DNA of 63,563 nt, counting the filler, from an uncultured bacterium (GTDB taxonomy: Bacteria > CAYUVA01): the NCBI GenBank assembly GCA_964448115.1. It is 5 parts of 4 records of this genome, joined end to end, with 100 filler letters (N's around TTAATTAATTAA, not from the genome) between each part and the next. Parts side by side here need not be neighbours in the genome. Positions count along the whole stretch, not along the records: positions 23,152 to 52,886 come from CAYUVA010000007.1; 4 more parts are not named here. One strand, written 5' to 3'. The translations under genes were made by a program, and so were the position numbers. The notes below the pieces were generated by a model. That model saw only the letters and a program-made list of their open reading frames with translations, searched no databases and was not told where the DNA came from. Below, in pieces: positions 42,501-51,746 of this stretch (the first letter of the stretch is position 1; every line of letters starts with the position of its first letter).

Positions 42501-43553
42501 CTAAAAATAGGTATCCATATTTTCTGCCACGCCGTAATAATCGCGAACGAGATGCTTATTACCATCATTATCCACCAAGAACCCCTGAAAACATCCGAAC
42601 ATTTGATAATAATCGATGCGGGCTATGCCAAGATTTCTCTTCTCGAACTTCCCGCCATCGGGAGTGAAGAAAAGCTCTACATTCCCGCTTTTTTCCTTAA
42701 TAGACCAGGTCTTTTCAGGTTTGGATGGATCAAAATCGAATTGGGCAGATGATAAAAGTGATAACTGACCATCGATCCATATTGCGTTCTCGTTGCAATT
42801 TGATTGATCCTTGAACATCTGGTTGGCAATATTCAGTGCTATGACCCGGTTTTGCTCGTCTCTCGCGGTGAAGGTAGCCCATTGCCAGCGTGCGTGATAT
42901 GGATAATAAGCCTTTTGTTCATCGAGATTGGCTAAATCTCTTGAGGAATCGAACTTCACCTGGTTATCCCCGATGCAAAGGTTACCCTCGACTTCCAAAG
43001 GCGCTTTATGAGTGTACATATAATGATTAGGCTCAAGCGGCAAACTGACAACTAGAGGTTGTATGCTGCTGATGTCTTGATGTAGCGTAAGGTCAGCTCT
43101 AATAGCTGGCTTGTAACTTGACCCACTGATGTCGAGGCGAATATGGTGGCGACCTGCATCCAAATGATTGTAAAACTCCATAAAGTAACCACGCTTGTTA
43201 AGACGGCAGTGATCATTCCACGGATTGCTTGATATTTTCACGGATCGATCCCATATTACCGCACTATGTTCGATGAATTCCCCAGTGTGTCGATTGTAGG
43301 CATAGAAGGCGGATGATGCCAGATATTTAGCGTCCTGGATGATCATCGAGCAGTATAAATCAGGGTGAACAATGCCGAATCCAACCCATTCCTTCAGGCG
43401 CAGCCTGCGAAACCAGCGCATAGATCGTCCACCTAAAATTAGGGCATCCAGAAGATTCATGGACCGAAAAGGCTTGCTAAAAACCCCGAGACGCATAATG
43501 CCATCAGTAACTAGGGGATCTGTTGTATCTAGAATACGGCGTTTTATATTCAT
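42501..43553 (-). CDS. DUF2804 family protein
   Basis: RLKEW, MYTHK, KAYYPYHARWQWA, NENAIWIDG, YYQMFG...GVAE. Confidence 0.75.
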   Translation of the reverse strand: MNIKRRILDTTDPLVTDGIMRLGVFSKPFRSMNLLDALILGGRSMRWFRRLRLKEWVGFGIVHPDLYCSMIIQDAKYLASSAFYAYNRHTGEFIEHSAVIWDRSVKISSNPWNDHCRLNKRGYFMEFYNHLDAGRHHIRLDISGSSYKPAIRADLTLHQDISSIQPLVVSLPLEPNHYMYTHKAPLEVEGNLCIGDNQVKFDSSRDLANLDEQKAYYPYHARWQWATFTARDEQNRVIALNIANQMFKDQSNCNENAIWIDGQLSLLSSAQFDFDPSKPEKTWSIKEKSGNVELFFTPDGGKFEKRNLGIARIDYYQMFGCFQGFLVDNDGNKHLVRDYYGVAENMDTYF

Positions 43554-43583
43554 ATAGCGACTTATTAAGGCAAGAAGAGATAT

Positions 43584-44462
43584 TTAGTCCTTACCATCTA
43601 CCGATTCGAGAAACTTCTTTAACCTCTCAAGGATCAACTCCGGGTACTCGAGGAGGCTGTAGTGGGTGCCACCAGGAACCTTTAGCAGGCTCGCATTGGG
43701 CATCAGCGAGAGCATTGTCTCGGTAACCTCCGGCGGGGTCATCATGTCCTTGGAGCCGGCAATAAGCAGCGTCGGCATAACTAGCGATGAAAGGTAATTT
43801 TTGGCGGTGTGCTTATCCAGGTGCAAAAACAGCGCAAAGTAGTTCTTGAAATCGACCCCGGCATACTCCTTAACTACCTGTTTAACTATATGGTTATCGA
43901 TGTTTGAGGAAAACATGCCGGTCAGCTTGCCGAAGAAAATCACCGACTCTGGGACCTGCTGGACAGCCCTGAATCCACAGGTAAGAACCGGCGATATGTT
44001 ATACGCAAGCCTGGTCAGTCTGGGAAGCGCGAACCTTGATATGGGGCTGCGAAACGCGGTCTTGAACGGATGACCATAGGTGCCGTTGAGCAGGATAAGC
44101 CCGCGAACCTGCTCCCGATGATGATAGGCATATTCGAGTGCTACCTGCACTCCCATGCTCCAGCCGCCAAGTATGAACCTATCTATATTCTCCACTCTCA
44201 CAATCTGCTTTAGATCCTTGCAATGATCTTCAACGCCCAGAAGCTCGTAATTGTCAGGCGTATCAGAGTTGAAGGTGCCTCGATAATCCCAAGCTATGAA
44301 GCGGTATTGGTTCTTAAACCGTTCAAGGATGGGAGTCCATGCAGATAACCTTCCCCCCAAGCCGTTAGCCAGGATGATTGTGCCAGATTTATTGTTGCCG
44401 GTAATCTGGTAGGCGATCTTGGTGCCATCAAAGCTAGTTATCTCTTTTTCTTCCATGATCAA
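43584..44462 (-). CDS. Alpha/beta hydrolase
   Basis: NGLGG, WDYRG, GWSMG nucleophile, GSKD, GGTH. Confidence 0.9.
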   Translation of the reverse strand: MIMEEKEITSFDGTKIAYQITGNNKSGTIILANGLGGRLSAWTPILERFKNQYRFIAWDYRGTFNSDTPDNYELLGVEDHCKDLKQIVRVENIDRFILGGWSMGVQVALEYAYHHREQVRGLILLNGTYGHPFKTAFRSPISRFALPRLTRLAYNISPVLTCGFRAVQQVPESVIFFGKLTGMFSSNIDNHIVKQVVKEYAGVDFKNYFALFLHLDKHTAKNYLSSLVMPTLLIAGSKDMMTPPEVTETMLSLMPNASLLKVPGGTHYSLLEYPELILERLKKFLESVDGKD

Positions 44463-44548
44463 CTCTCCGTCATTTCACTTTATCCCAACGAATATAGATT
44501 GTATAACTACCTAATGCAATTCCATATTTGGGTTGAAGGTCTTTTGTA

Positions 44549-44666
44549 AACCACAAAGACACTCAGGCACAAAGAAAGAAGTGATACCGTGCTATCGTGA
44601 TAAAGTGATCAAGGAAAAAAAGCCCCTCGCCTAGGCCCTCTCCCAGCGCTTAGTGTCGTTGTGGTT
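44549..44666. repeat. Extragenic element with AACCACAA-GACACT terminal inverted repeats
   Basis: AACCACAAAGACACTCAG at left, CTTAGTGTCGTTGTGGTT at right; 44549-44602 matches revcomp of 54713-54766 at 48/54 nt. Confidence 0.75.
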
Positions 44667-44695
44667 AAGCGACTCTCAGAGCTCGTTGCTGGTTC

Positions 44696-45751
44696 CTATT
44701 TTGGCTTGCTTTTCCCCTTCATACCCATTAGTCCATAGGTTTCCAGCAGTTTATTCATATCGAGAGTTTTCAAGTCCATGCCAGATTGCGATACGGGTAA
44801 CAAAATAAGCCGTTTGCCTTGCAGTGCTTCTGCTATTCTCAGCTTGACCATGACCTCTCCGCCGGAGCCGGTCAATGCTTCGTTCATTGCACGAATACCC
44901 TGTGCTTCAGCTATTCCTTCAGCCTCTATTGCTTGTGCTCGCAGTTTTTGCTGCTCAAAGTAGGCATCTGCCTCGATCTTAGCTTTTTTATACTCTCCGT
45001 CAGCCTTGGCGATCATCTCATTTACCTTTCCCTGCGCTTCCTCGACTCGCATTAAATATTCCTCTTCGGCTGCCCTGGTAGCGGATCGGTTTTTCTCTAC
45101 TAATTGATCCGCGATCTTCTTATCCTCTATAGCTTTTTGATAGGCGGGATTAAAGCGATAGTCCTTGGTTGATACGCGTTCAACGATGATACCATACCTA
45201 TTCAAGATTTCGTTTAGCTCATCAAGTGCCTCCTGAGCCTTTTGTGCACGCAGAGCAGCATTGTAAAATTCCTCTGTCTTCAACTCGCCGAAGATATCCC
45301 TGGTGCGGCTCCTGGCAACGGCGCGGGTTATCTTGTCTTTTAACTCACGGTCACTCTTTGCAACATGTTGAAGGATGAATGGTGCCTTTTGCGGATCAAT
45401 GCGAAAGCTAATTATCACATCCAAGCCGATGTCGTTGCCGTCTATTGTTTTGAATAGCAGATCGTCCCGCTCCCTGCGATCACCACTCTTGACATCCAGG
45501 GTCATCTCCATGTTCTGGAGCCTGGTATCGAAGGTGTACCAATCATTAATAAAGGGAAGAAAGAAGAAAGTGGAGCCGGGTTGATATACCTTGTCTTCAA
45601 CTCCCTTTTTATGGAATAGCGCCAGTTTGCGTACCCTGACTCCAACCTCTGTTGGTCCGGTTGTATGGGGAATGCATCCTTGCAGAATGCAAAGTGCTAA
45701 AAAGACTAACACCAAGTTCGATAACTTATTGATTCCTCTATTACTATTCAT
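44696..45751 (-). CDS. SPFH (band 7) domain protein, possible lipoprotein
   Basis: EVGVRV, KTIDGNDIGLDV, AIEDKK, AEA coiled coil; LQGC lipobox. Confidence 0.85.
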   Translation of the reverse strand: MNSNRGINKLSNLVLVFLALCILQGCIPHTTGPTEVGVRVRKLALFHKKGVEDKVYQPGSTFFFLPFINDWYTFDTRLQNMEMTLDVKSGDRRERDDLLFKTIDGNDIGLDVIISFRIDPQKAPFILQHVAKSDRELKDKITRAVARSRTRDIFGELKTEEFYNAALRAQKAQEALDELNEILNRYGIIVERVSTKDYRFNPAYQKAIEDKKIADQLVEKNRSATRAAEEEYLMRVEEAQGKVNEMIAKADGEYKKAKIEADAYFEQQKLRAQAIEAEGIAEAQGIRAMNEALTGSGGEVMVKLRIAEALQGKRLILLPVSQSGMDLKTLDMNKLLETYGLMGMKGKSKPK

Positions 45752-45771
45752 TCTTTAATTCCTCCTTGAGG

Positions 45772-46848
45772 TTATTGGGCAGAGATTCCAAAAAGCTCAA
45801 GATTCCTTTTCAGGTTCAAAGGATTAAGCCCGTGATCACCATCGCTTGGTATTATAATGACATCAAGCCCTTGCAGTACATCTGCCATCTTCAAGCCGAC
45901 CAAGTGTTCGGACCCGGTGCCCTGAAGTGCCTTATTCTTTAGCTCTGTGCGCCTGGCTTCAGCCATCTTGATAAGAAGATCTGCCTCAGCGCGTTGCTTA
46001 CGAACATACAGCTCTTTTTCCGCTTCTCTTTTTACTACATAAGCCTTTCCCTCTTCGAGCTTTATTGCCACGGTTGCTTTTCCCTCTTCGATCGTCTTTT
46101 TAAGAATAGCTTCCTCTTTCTTAGCCTTTGCCTCTGCCTGGTTCTTGAAAACGAGCTGGTCTTTCAGCTTCTTCTCCTCGATATTCTTTTGGATCTCCTC
46201 GCTGTAAACAAAGAAACGAATGAGAATATCGTCGATGGTGATGCCCATGGGGTTAAGTTCCTGGTTAAGCAGTTGCTTTGCCAATTGCGATTTTTCGTAG
46301 CGTAGCGGGCTGTTATAGAAGTCCTCCGTGGTCAATACACCGAGCGCTTCCTTCAAGATGGGTTCAGCCTTGGGAATGATGCCGTTGGTATAGTAAAGTC
46401 TCCCCGGACCCAGGGTGGTCATTACCTTATATGGATCAGACAGGTGGTAAAGGATACTCAGATCGACATCCACAAAGAAGCCGTCTGATGTTTGGATCCT
46501 GGCAGCTTTGACCATATCGATGTCATAAGCGTAACGAGATGGAAACTGGGTGAACTCGAGCAGTTGCATATTTACAGGGAATCGATACATTCGCTCCACG
46601 CCGAAGGGGATAACTAAGTGAATACCCGGGCTGTAAACCTTCTCCTTTACTCCTCGTTTCACACCGATCTTCACCACTTTGATACCCGCCTCATAAGGAC
46701 GCACATAGACAGTGCACAGCTTGATGACGATGATAAGGATGGTAAGGATGGCCAGCAATGCAATACCAAATGCCTTAAGTTTAGCACCCATAATTGATGG
46801 GAGATTGGTCAACTTAAAGCTGATCTTTGCCTTGGTTCTTTTGTCCAA
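45772..46848 (-). CDS. SPFH (band 7) domain protein
   Basis: TM, VRPYEAG, PGIHLVIP, TSDGFFVDVDLSI, coiled coil. Confidence 0.85.
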   Translation of the reverse strand: MDKRTKAKISFKLTNLPSIMGAKLKAFGIALLAILTILIIVIKLCTVYVRPYEAGIKVVKIGVKRGVKEKVYSPGIHLVIPFGVERMYRFPVNMQLLEFTQFPSRYAYDIDMVKAARIQTSDGFFVDVDLSILYHLSDPYKVMTTLGPGRLYYTNGIIPKAEPILKEALGVLTTEDFYNSPLRYEKSQLAKQLLNQELNPMGITIDDILIRFFVYSEEIQKNIEEKKLKDQLVFKNQAEAKAKKEEAILKKTIEEGKATVAIKLEEGKAYVVKREAEKELYVRKQRAEADLLIKMAEARRTELKNKALQGTGSEHLVGLKMADVLQGLDVIIIPSDGDHGLNPLNLKRNLELFGISAQ

Positions 46849-47587
46849 TGTTCTCCTCCTGGAAAGTGATTTTATATTTGCCGCCGGTGATCTTTTTCTT
46901 GAGCACCAGATAGATACTTGAGATAAACAGCAGTAAGAGCGCCACCGGAACCGCTAGAATCTTATACAAGAACTTAGGCGCCTGGTGACGAAAATGCCTG
47001 AGACCTAGATATACATACCATTTAACGCGACCTACTTTATAGGATAACCACTTCACTGAGATAATGAACAACTCAGTCGATTTACCGATGATATACTTGA
47101 TCCCCTGAGATACTCCTGAGACTAGTAGGCCAATTAGCGCTCTTAGGTGTTCAAAGAAAAAAAGGAGCGATTGGTAAAGCGCCTCAAGTTTAACCTTTAC
47201 AGGATTTAATAAAATTGAAATTCTATCCTTTAGGTAAAATAAATGGGCTTTCAGCCAGGGAATATAACGATTCTCTTCTTTATCCCAGCAAAATATCTTT
47301 TCAGCACCTATAATGATTGTTATCAAAAGCCACTTGAAGCCAGGGTTCATCATAAGCGCCTCGCAAAAGCGCTCCCGCCTGAGTGCAATTAGGGTCCCAA
47401 GCATACCCCTCAAGCCTGAATCCTTCACATCGGTCAAGGTATGCAAGGTTATATTATCGAGCTTTGCATCAAGGGGGATTTTGGATAAAAGATGCTGGTT
47501 TACCTCGCCACCACCAGTTGCTTTGGCAAAAGCAATGAAACTGCTGGCGTTTTGAATGTCAGTACAAATTAGTAGCCTTTTCCGCAT
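46814..47587 (-). CDS. Hypothetical protein with C-terminal TM
   Basis: 257-aa ORF overlapping the SPFH start; no motif recognised. Confidence 0.55.
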   Translation of the reverse strand: MRKRLLICTDIQNASSFIAFAKATGGGEVNQHLLSKIPLDAKLDNITLHTLTDVKDSGLRGMLGTLIALRRERFCEALMMNPGFKWLLITIIIGAEKIFCWDKEENRYIPWLKAHLFYLKDRISILLNPVKVKLEALYQSLLFFFEHLRALIGLLVSGVSQGIKYIIGKSTELFIISVKWLSYKVGRVKWYVYLGLRHFRHQAPKFLYKILAVPVALLLLFISSIYLVLKKKITGGKYKITFQEENIGQKNQGKDQL

Positions 47588-47655
47588 GTTATTTATTCTT
47601 ACTTAAACTATCAGTTTAAATTATTGCTCCCTCTCCCAAGTAATAGCCAACATAA

Positions 47656-50600
47656 CTAATCGTTACTCCACAGGTATGGCCAGATAAGGCTGAAACGACC
47701 CTGCTTATTGGCTGCCCTCACCTCTAACGGATAATATCCCGAAGGTATGCCCTCCTGCACCGAGACCAAGAATCCATAGATGCCGTCTCCAGCAGCCAGG
47801 TCTCCATGTTGCCCATCATCATAAAGGAATAGGCCAGTCCCTGTGCCCTGAAATAGCAGCTCAACCTTGGATATATTCGAGATCCCTTCACTGTCGCTTA
47901 CCAGTGCTAGAAGGGTTATGTTGATAGGTGGCAGGTTCCCGATTGCCCTTGTATCCCAGTAACCACCAAGCATGACCGCCGGTGTCGCCTTTGGTGTGGG
48001 CGTAATGGTCGGCGTGCATGTAGCCGTCGGCGTGTTTGTATAGGGCGGGGTCTCGGTTGGAGTTCGGCTGGGAGTGGATGTTTCTGTCCAGGTTGGCTCC
48101 AATGTGCTGGTCGCAGTAGGCGTCTTGGTTGGAGTAGGCGAGTTTGTCGGGGTCATGGTCGGACTTGAGGTCGGCGTTTGTGTCCAGGTCGGGGTAGCGG
48201 TCGGGGTGCTGCTCGGAGTGGATGTTGGAGATGAGGTGGGAATGGTGGTCTCGGTCGGAGTACCAGTGGGTAAAGGCGTATTGGTCGGAGACCATGTAGG
48301 CGTCTTGGTGGGGGTATCGGTGGGGGTGTCGGTAATCGTTGGGGTAGTGGTGGGCAAGGTTGTCAGGGTCGATGTTGGAGTGGCGGTCGGCGAGGCGGTG
48401 CTCGTAGCCGTGGGCGTGAATGTCATGGTCGGGGTCGTAGTCGGTGTCGGGGTTGGATTGTAGATGAATAAAATATCGCTTTCGGTTGCTGCCACCAAGC
48501 CCCCGGTCAGCTTCACAGCAGCTCCGTGTTGAACAGGTCCGCTAACCGATACACTCAGCAGCTCCTGACCATGCTCATCCAATGCATAAAAGTTGTTGCC
48601 CTGATCTCCAAAAAAGATATTCCCTTCCATATCGATCACTGGTGCAGCAGTTATGCCACCAGATGCTTGATAGCTCCAAAGAACCTCACCTTCACGCAAT
48701 CCATACAGCTTACCGGTATCATCTCCGAAAACTATTGTGTCATCCGAAGCCACTGCCAGCGGGGAAGTGATATTAACCCCGCCTTCAGGAGTATAGCTCC
48801 ACTTCAAGGTGCCTTGCTTATTCAGTTTGTATATCTGGGGGGCATCATTAAGCAAGTAGATATTAGAGGAATCATCAAGCAATGGAGATCTGCTTATGGA
48901 ACTGCCGGAATCGAAGCTCCACGCCAGGGTACCATCGGAATTGAGAGCATAAAGATAATTATCCATGGCTGCCAGGTAAATCCTGTAGTCATAACCAACA
49001 GCAGGAGCTGAGGTTATGCTTCCTCCAACTCCATAAGTCCAGTTGACCGACCCTTGTGAGGACAGGCTATAAAGCGTGCCAGCCCAGGTACCAACCAGGA
49101 TAGTGTCCTCGGTTGAAAATGCCAATCCGCCAGTAACATCGCCATCCAAAGTATAAGACCAAAGCATTGTCTCATTGGAATCATATCGATAGAGGATCCC
49201 ATCCTGTTCGGCAACTGCGATATCACCCTTGCTACCTACTGCTGCAGAAGCGATGATGGTCGATGACAAAATATCTATAACATCCACTGTCGCATCATCA
49301 TTGACACCGAGCAAAGTCCCGTCATCGCATCCGACATAAGCCCGGCTACCATCCCCGCGCAATACAATAGGAGAGGTTATCACTTTGCCAGTGGAGGTAG
49401 AACCGATGAGAAGGCTGTCCATATCAACCGGGATCATGCTCAGGTTGCGACGGCGGTTGCTCCCCCCTTCAGTTGACCAGGATCGGCGATAGTGGTCGCT
49501 CATCGGATTGCCCACCATCACCCTTCCCAGGTTGCGATCATCCTGCTGATCGTAGATCAGAGCCTCAATCTCTGCTGGATCGGTTGTGCCCCAGTAATTA
49601 TCAAAGGCATAGGTTGTATAAGTGCTATTCGTGTCGCGCCTCTTTATCGCCTCCTCATGGTTGCCAGAGAGATCGCAATACCTGACCACTGCCGGATCGC
49701 CAAGGATCGCTTGCTGCTCACTGCCGGTTAAGATGCAGTCATACAGAGCCGATGCGCCGATGCCGAACAGCGTCTCACCGACATTGTCAATGAACCAACA
49801 ACCGTAAAAATTGGGTGCTGATTGCGATTGTGCTGCATAGATCGCCCCTCCATGCGCACCGAAGATGACATTGACCTCGTTCTCCCAAAACAGGCAGTCA
49901 TAAAAACTAGGGTTGGATAGATAGAGCGCTACCGCTCCCCCGCTTCCCGGCGCGGTATCCATCATGGAACGGTTGCGATAGAACATGTTAGAGATGAAAT
50001 CGCCGTTGCAATTCACCAATGCACAGGCACCGCCGCCCAGATTAGCCTTGTTTTCACTGAAGATATTGCCGCCGACAAGAAGCTTGCCCTGGTCATTCAA
50101 CCCCTTGTTGTAATAGATAGCAGCGCCGTATTTATCGCAGGTATTGCCGCTGAAAAAATTGCCTCGAATGGTTAAGGTTCCATAGTTGAGAATGCTATCA
50201 TTGTAAATGGCTATGGCTCCCCCTGATAGGTCTGCCTTGTTGCTGATGAACTGGTTTCTCTCCACGACAGCAGCGGAGTTGATCATACACATACCACCTC
50301 CATCGCCGTTGTTTACGATATATTCGGCTCGGTTTGTTATAAATAAATTATCTCGAATTATTGGCGCCGAGTTGACCACATAAATGCCCCCTGCATTTGC
50401 ATCCTTATTCGACTCGAAGAGATTGCCGCTGATTATCGGCGTGCAAGGGAAGGCTAAGCTATTCATGTGGATATACAGTCCACCCCCGCAGGTCTTGAAA
50501 ATGTTGTCCTGAATGTACCCCTTAGTCCCGGGAATATTATAGACCATACCCTGAGCCGGACAGTTCTGGATTATATTGTTCTCAAAATGAACCTCCGGTG

Positions 50601-51126
50601 TGCCCTGGGCGGAAAAGCCAACACCGCCGACAAGCATGCGATTTATATTACAGTTCGCCATGTAGGGAATTGAGCCTTTTAGCGCCATCACTGCTGTTGT
50701 CCCCCAGTAAAAATTGCACCAGACAAAGGCGCACCCATCCACATACTTACCGCCAGTGTCATAAGTGGCACCGACCGCGCTGACATTGAGGTCAATAGTG
50801 TTCCAGTCCCCTGCCCGCGGCGGGCGAAAGGGTCTGCCAGCAGTAAAGGTAATCTGCGCATTTGCATCACCGATAGCCTTGATAATGCCGTTTATCTTGA
50901 GTGAATATACACCTCGGAAGTTGACCTCGACACCAGGATCGATAGTTAACGTTACCCCAGGCTGAACGGTTACATTGCCCTGGATATAGTAAGGGCTGCC
51001 GGCTGCATCCCAGGTGGTGTCAGACCAGATCCAGCCTCCAGGTATCTCGGTAACAGGAAAACTCTGCTGGGGAAACCATAGGATGGCGAGTATAAGGGGT
51101 ATGATTGCTAAATTGTGCTTTGACAT
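47656..51126 (-). CDS. Secreted beta-helix + PQQ-like beta-propeller protein with PT linker and conserved C-terminal domain
   Basis: Signal peptide, GSPY...LTIDPGV, FxxN/GGA repeats, NYWGTT, WSY propeller repeats, PT tract, ends GGYWDTR...WPYLWSND. Confidence 0.85.
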   Translation of the reverse strand: MSKHNLAIIPLILAILWFPQQSFPVTEIPGGWIWSDTTWDAAGSPYYIQGNVTVQPGVTLTIDPGVEVNFRGVYSLKINGIIKAIGDANAQITFTAGRPFRPPRAGDWNTIDLNVSAVGATYDTGGKYVDGCAFVWCNFYWGTTAVMALKGSIPYMANCNINRMLVGGVGFSAQGTPEVHFENNIIQNCPAQGMVYNIPGTKGYIQDNIFKTCGGGLYIHMNSLAFPCTPIISGNLFESNKDANAGGIYVVNSAPIIRDNLFITNRAEYIVNNGDGGGMCMINSAAVVERNQFISNKADLSGGAIAIYNDSILNYGTLTIRGNFFSGNTCDKYGAAIYYNKGLNDQGKLLVGGNIFSENKANLGGGACALVNCNGDFISNMFYRNRSMMDTAPGSGGAVALYLSNPSFYDCLFWENEVNVIFGAHGGAIYAAQSQSAPNFYGCWFIDNVGETLFGIGASALYDCILTGSEQQAILGDPAVVRYCDLSGNHEEAIKRRDTNSTYTTYAFDNYWGTTDPAEIEALIYDQQDDRNLGRVMVGNPMSDHYRRSWSTEGGSNRRRNLSMIPVDMDSLLIGSTSTGKVITSPIVLRGDGSRAYVGCDDGTLLGVNDDATVDVIDILSSTIIASAAVGSKGDIAVAEQDGILYRYDSNETMLWSYTLDGDVTGGLAFSTEDTILVGTWAGTLYSLSSQGSVNWTYGVGGSITSAPAVGYDYRIYLAAMDNYLYALNSDGTLAWSFDSGSSISRSPLLDDSSNIYLLNDAPQIYKLNKQGTLKWSYTPEGGVNITSPLAVASDDTIVFGDDTGKLYGLREGEVLWSYQASGGITAAPVIDMEGNIFFGDQGNNFYALDEHGQELLSVSVSGPVQHGAAVKLTGGLVAATESDILFIYNPTPTPTTTPTMTFTPTATSTASPTATPTSTLTTLPTTTPTITDTPTDTPTKTPTWSPTNTPLPTGTPTETTIPTSSPTSTPSSTPTATPTWTQTPTSSPTMTPTNSPTPTKTPTATSTLEPTWTETSTPSRTPTETPPYTNTPTATCTPTITPTPKATPAVMLGGYWDTRAIGNLPPINITLLALVSDSEGISNISKVELLFQGTGTGLFLYDDGQHGDLAAGDGIYGFLVSVQEGIPSGYYPLEVRAANKQGRFSLIWPYLWSND

Positions 51127-51281
51127 ATCGAACTCCTACATTTTGCGTTGAATACAACTATGAAGTATAGCACAGCATAGAATAACGCTCAAAATAACTT
51201 CATCCCTTAAGTCGCACCTAGACTTCATAAGAGATCATCTTTGCCCAAAACACCCGAATAAATTAAGGTGTTGATATATGA

Positions 51282-51623
51282 CACATCCCGTCTGCTTCGG
51301 CAGCCACCCCTCTTATTAGAGGGGATTTGCCCTCACCCTAACCCTCTCCCAGAGGGAGAGGGGATCATAGCTCCCTATTCCCGCTGGGAGAGGGCGGGGG
51401 GTGAGGGTCTTTTCCTTCCTACCCCACGCCTCAAGCCTCAAGTCTATTACACACCCCGCCCCACTTCGCGGCTAGGTTTGAATGACCGCTCGCTCACGCT
51501 CACGGCTCGGTTTTATTCGAGCCATGACCAGCTCTTATCCGAGCCACGAGCTTAAGCGAGTGGTAATCCTTTCCTAGCCACGAAGTGGCGGATATATCCG
51601 TAGCCGTGTGCGCAAGCACACGG
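51282..51623. repeat. Cluster of nested palindromic (REP-like) elements
   Basis: CCCCTCTTATTAGAGGGG; CCCTCACCCTAACCCTCTCCCAGAGGGAGAGGG...GGGAGAGGG...GTGAGGG; IR 51461-51476/51573-51588; IR 51484-51510/51539-51564; CCGTGTGC-GCAA-GCACACGG. Confidence 0.75.
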
Positions 51624-51746
51624 TTAACAATAGCCCATCAATTAGCCAAACCCTGAAAGGACTAATCCAGCCTCAAGCCTCCCCTATACCTCTTCAGAGG
51701 TCGATATCTTCCTCATCACCTGAATTCAATCAAGTGTTGCCTTTCC

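Noticed and set aside
48074-48463. Val/Gly-rich ORFs (also 7744-8082 and 36585-36857)
   Set aside because: Antisense shadows of Pro/Thr linkers
51268-51555. 95-aa ORF containing PHPNPLPEGEG
   Set aside because: Translation of palindromic repeats, not a credible gene
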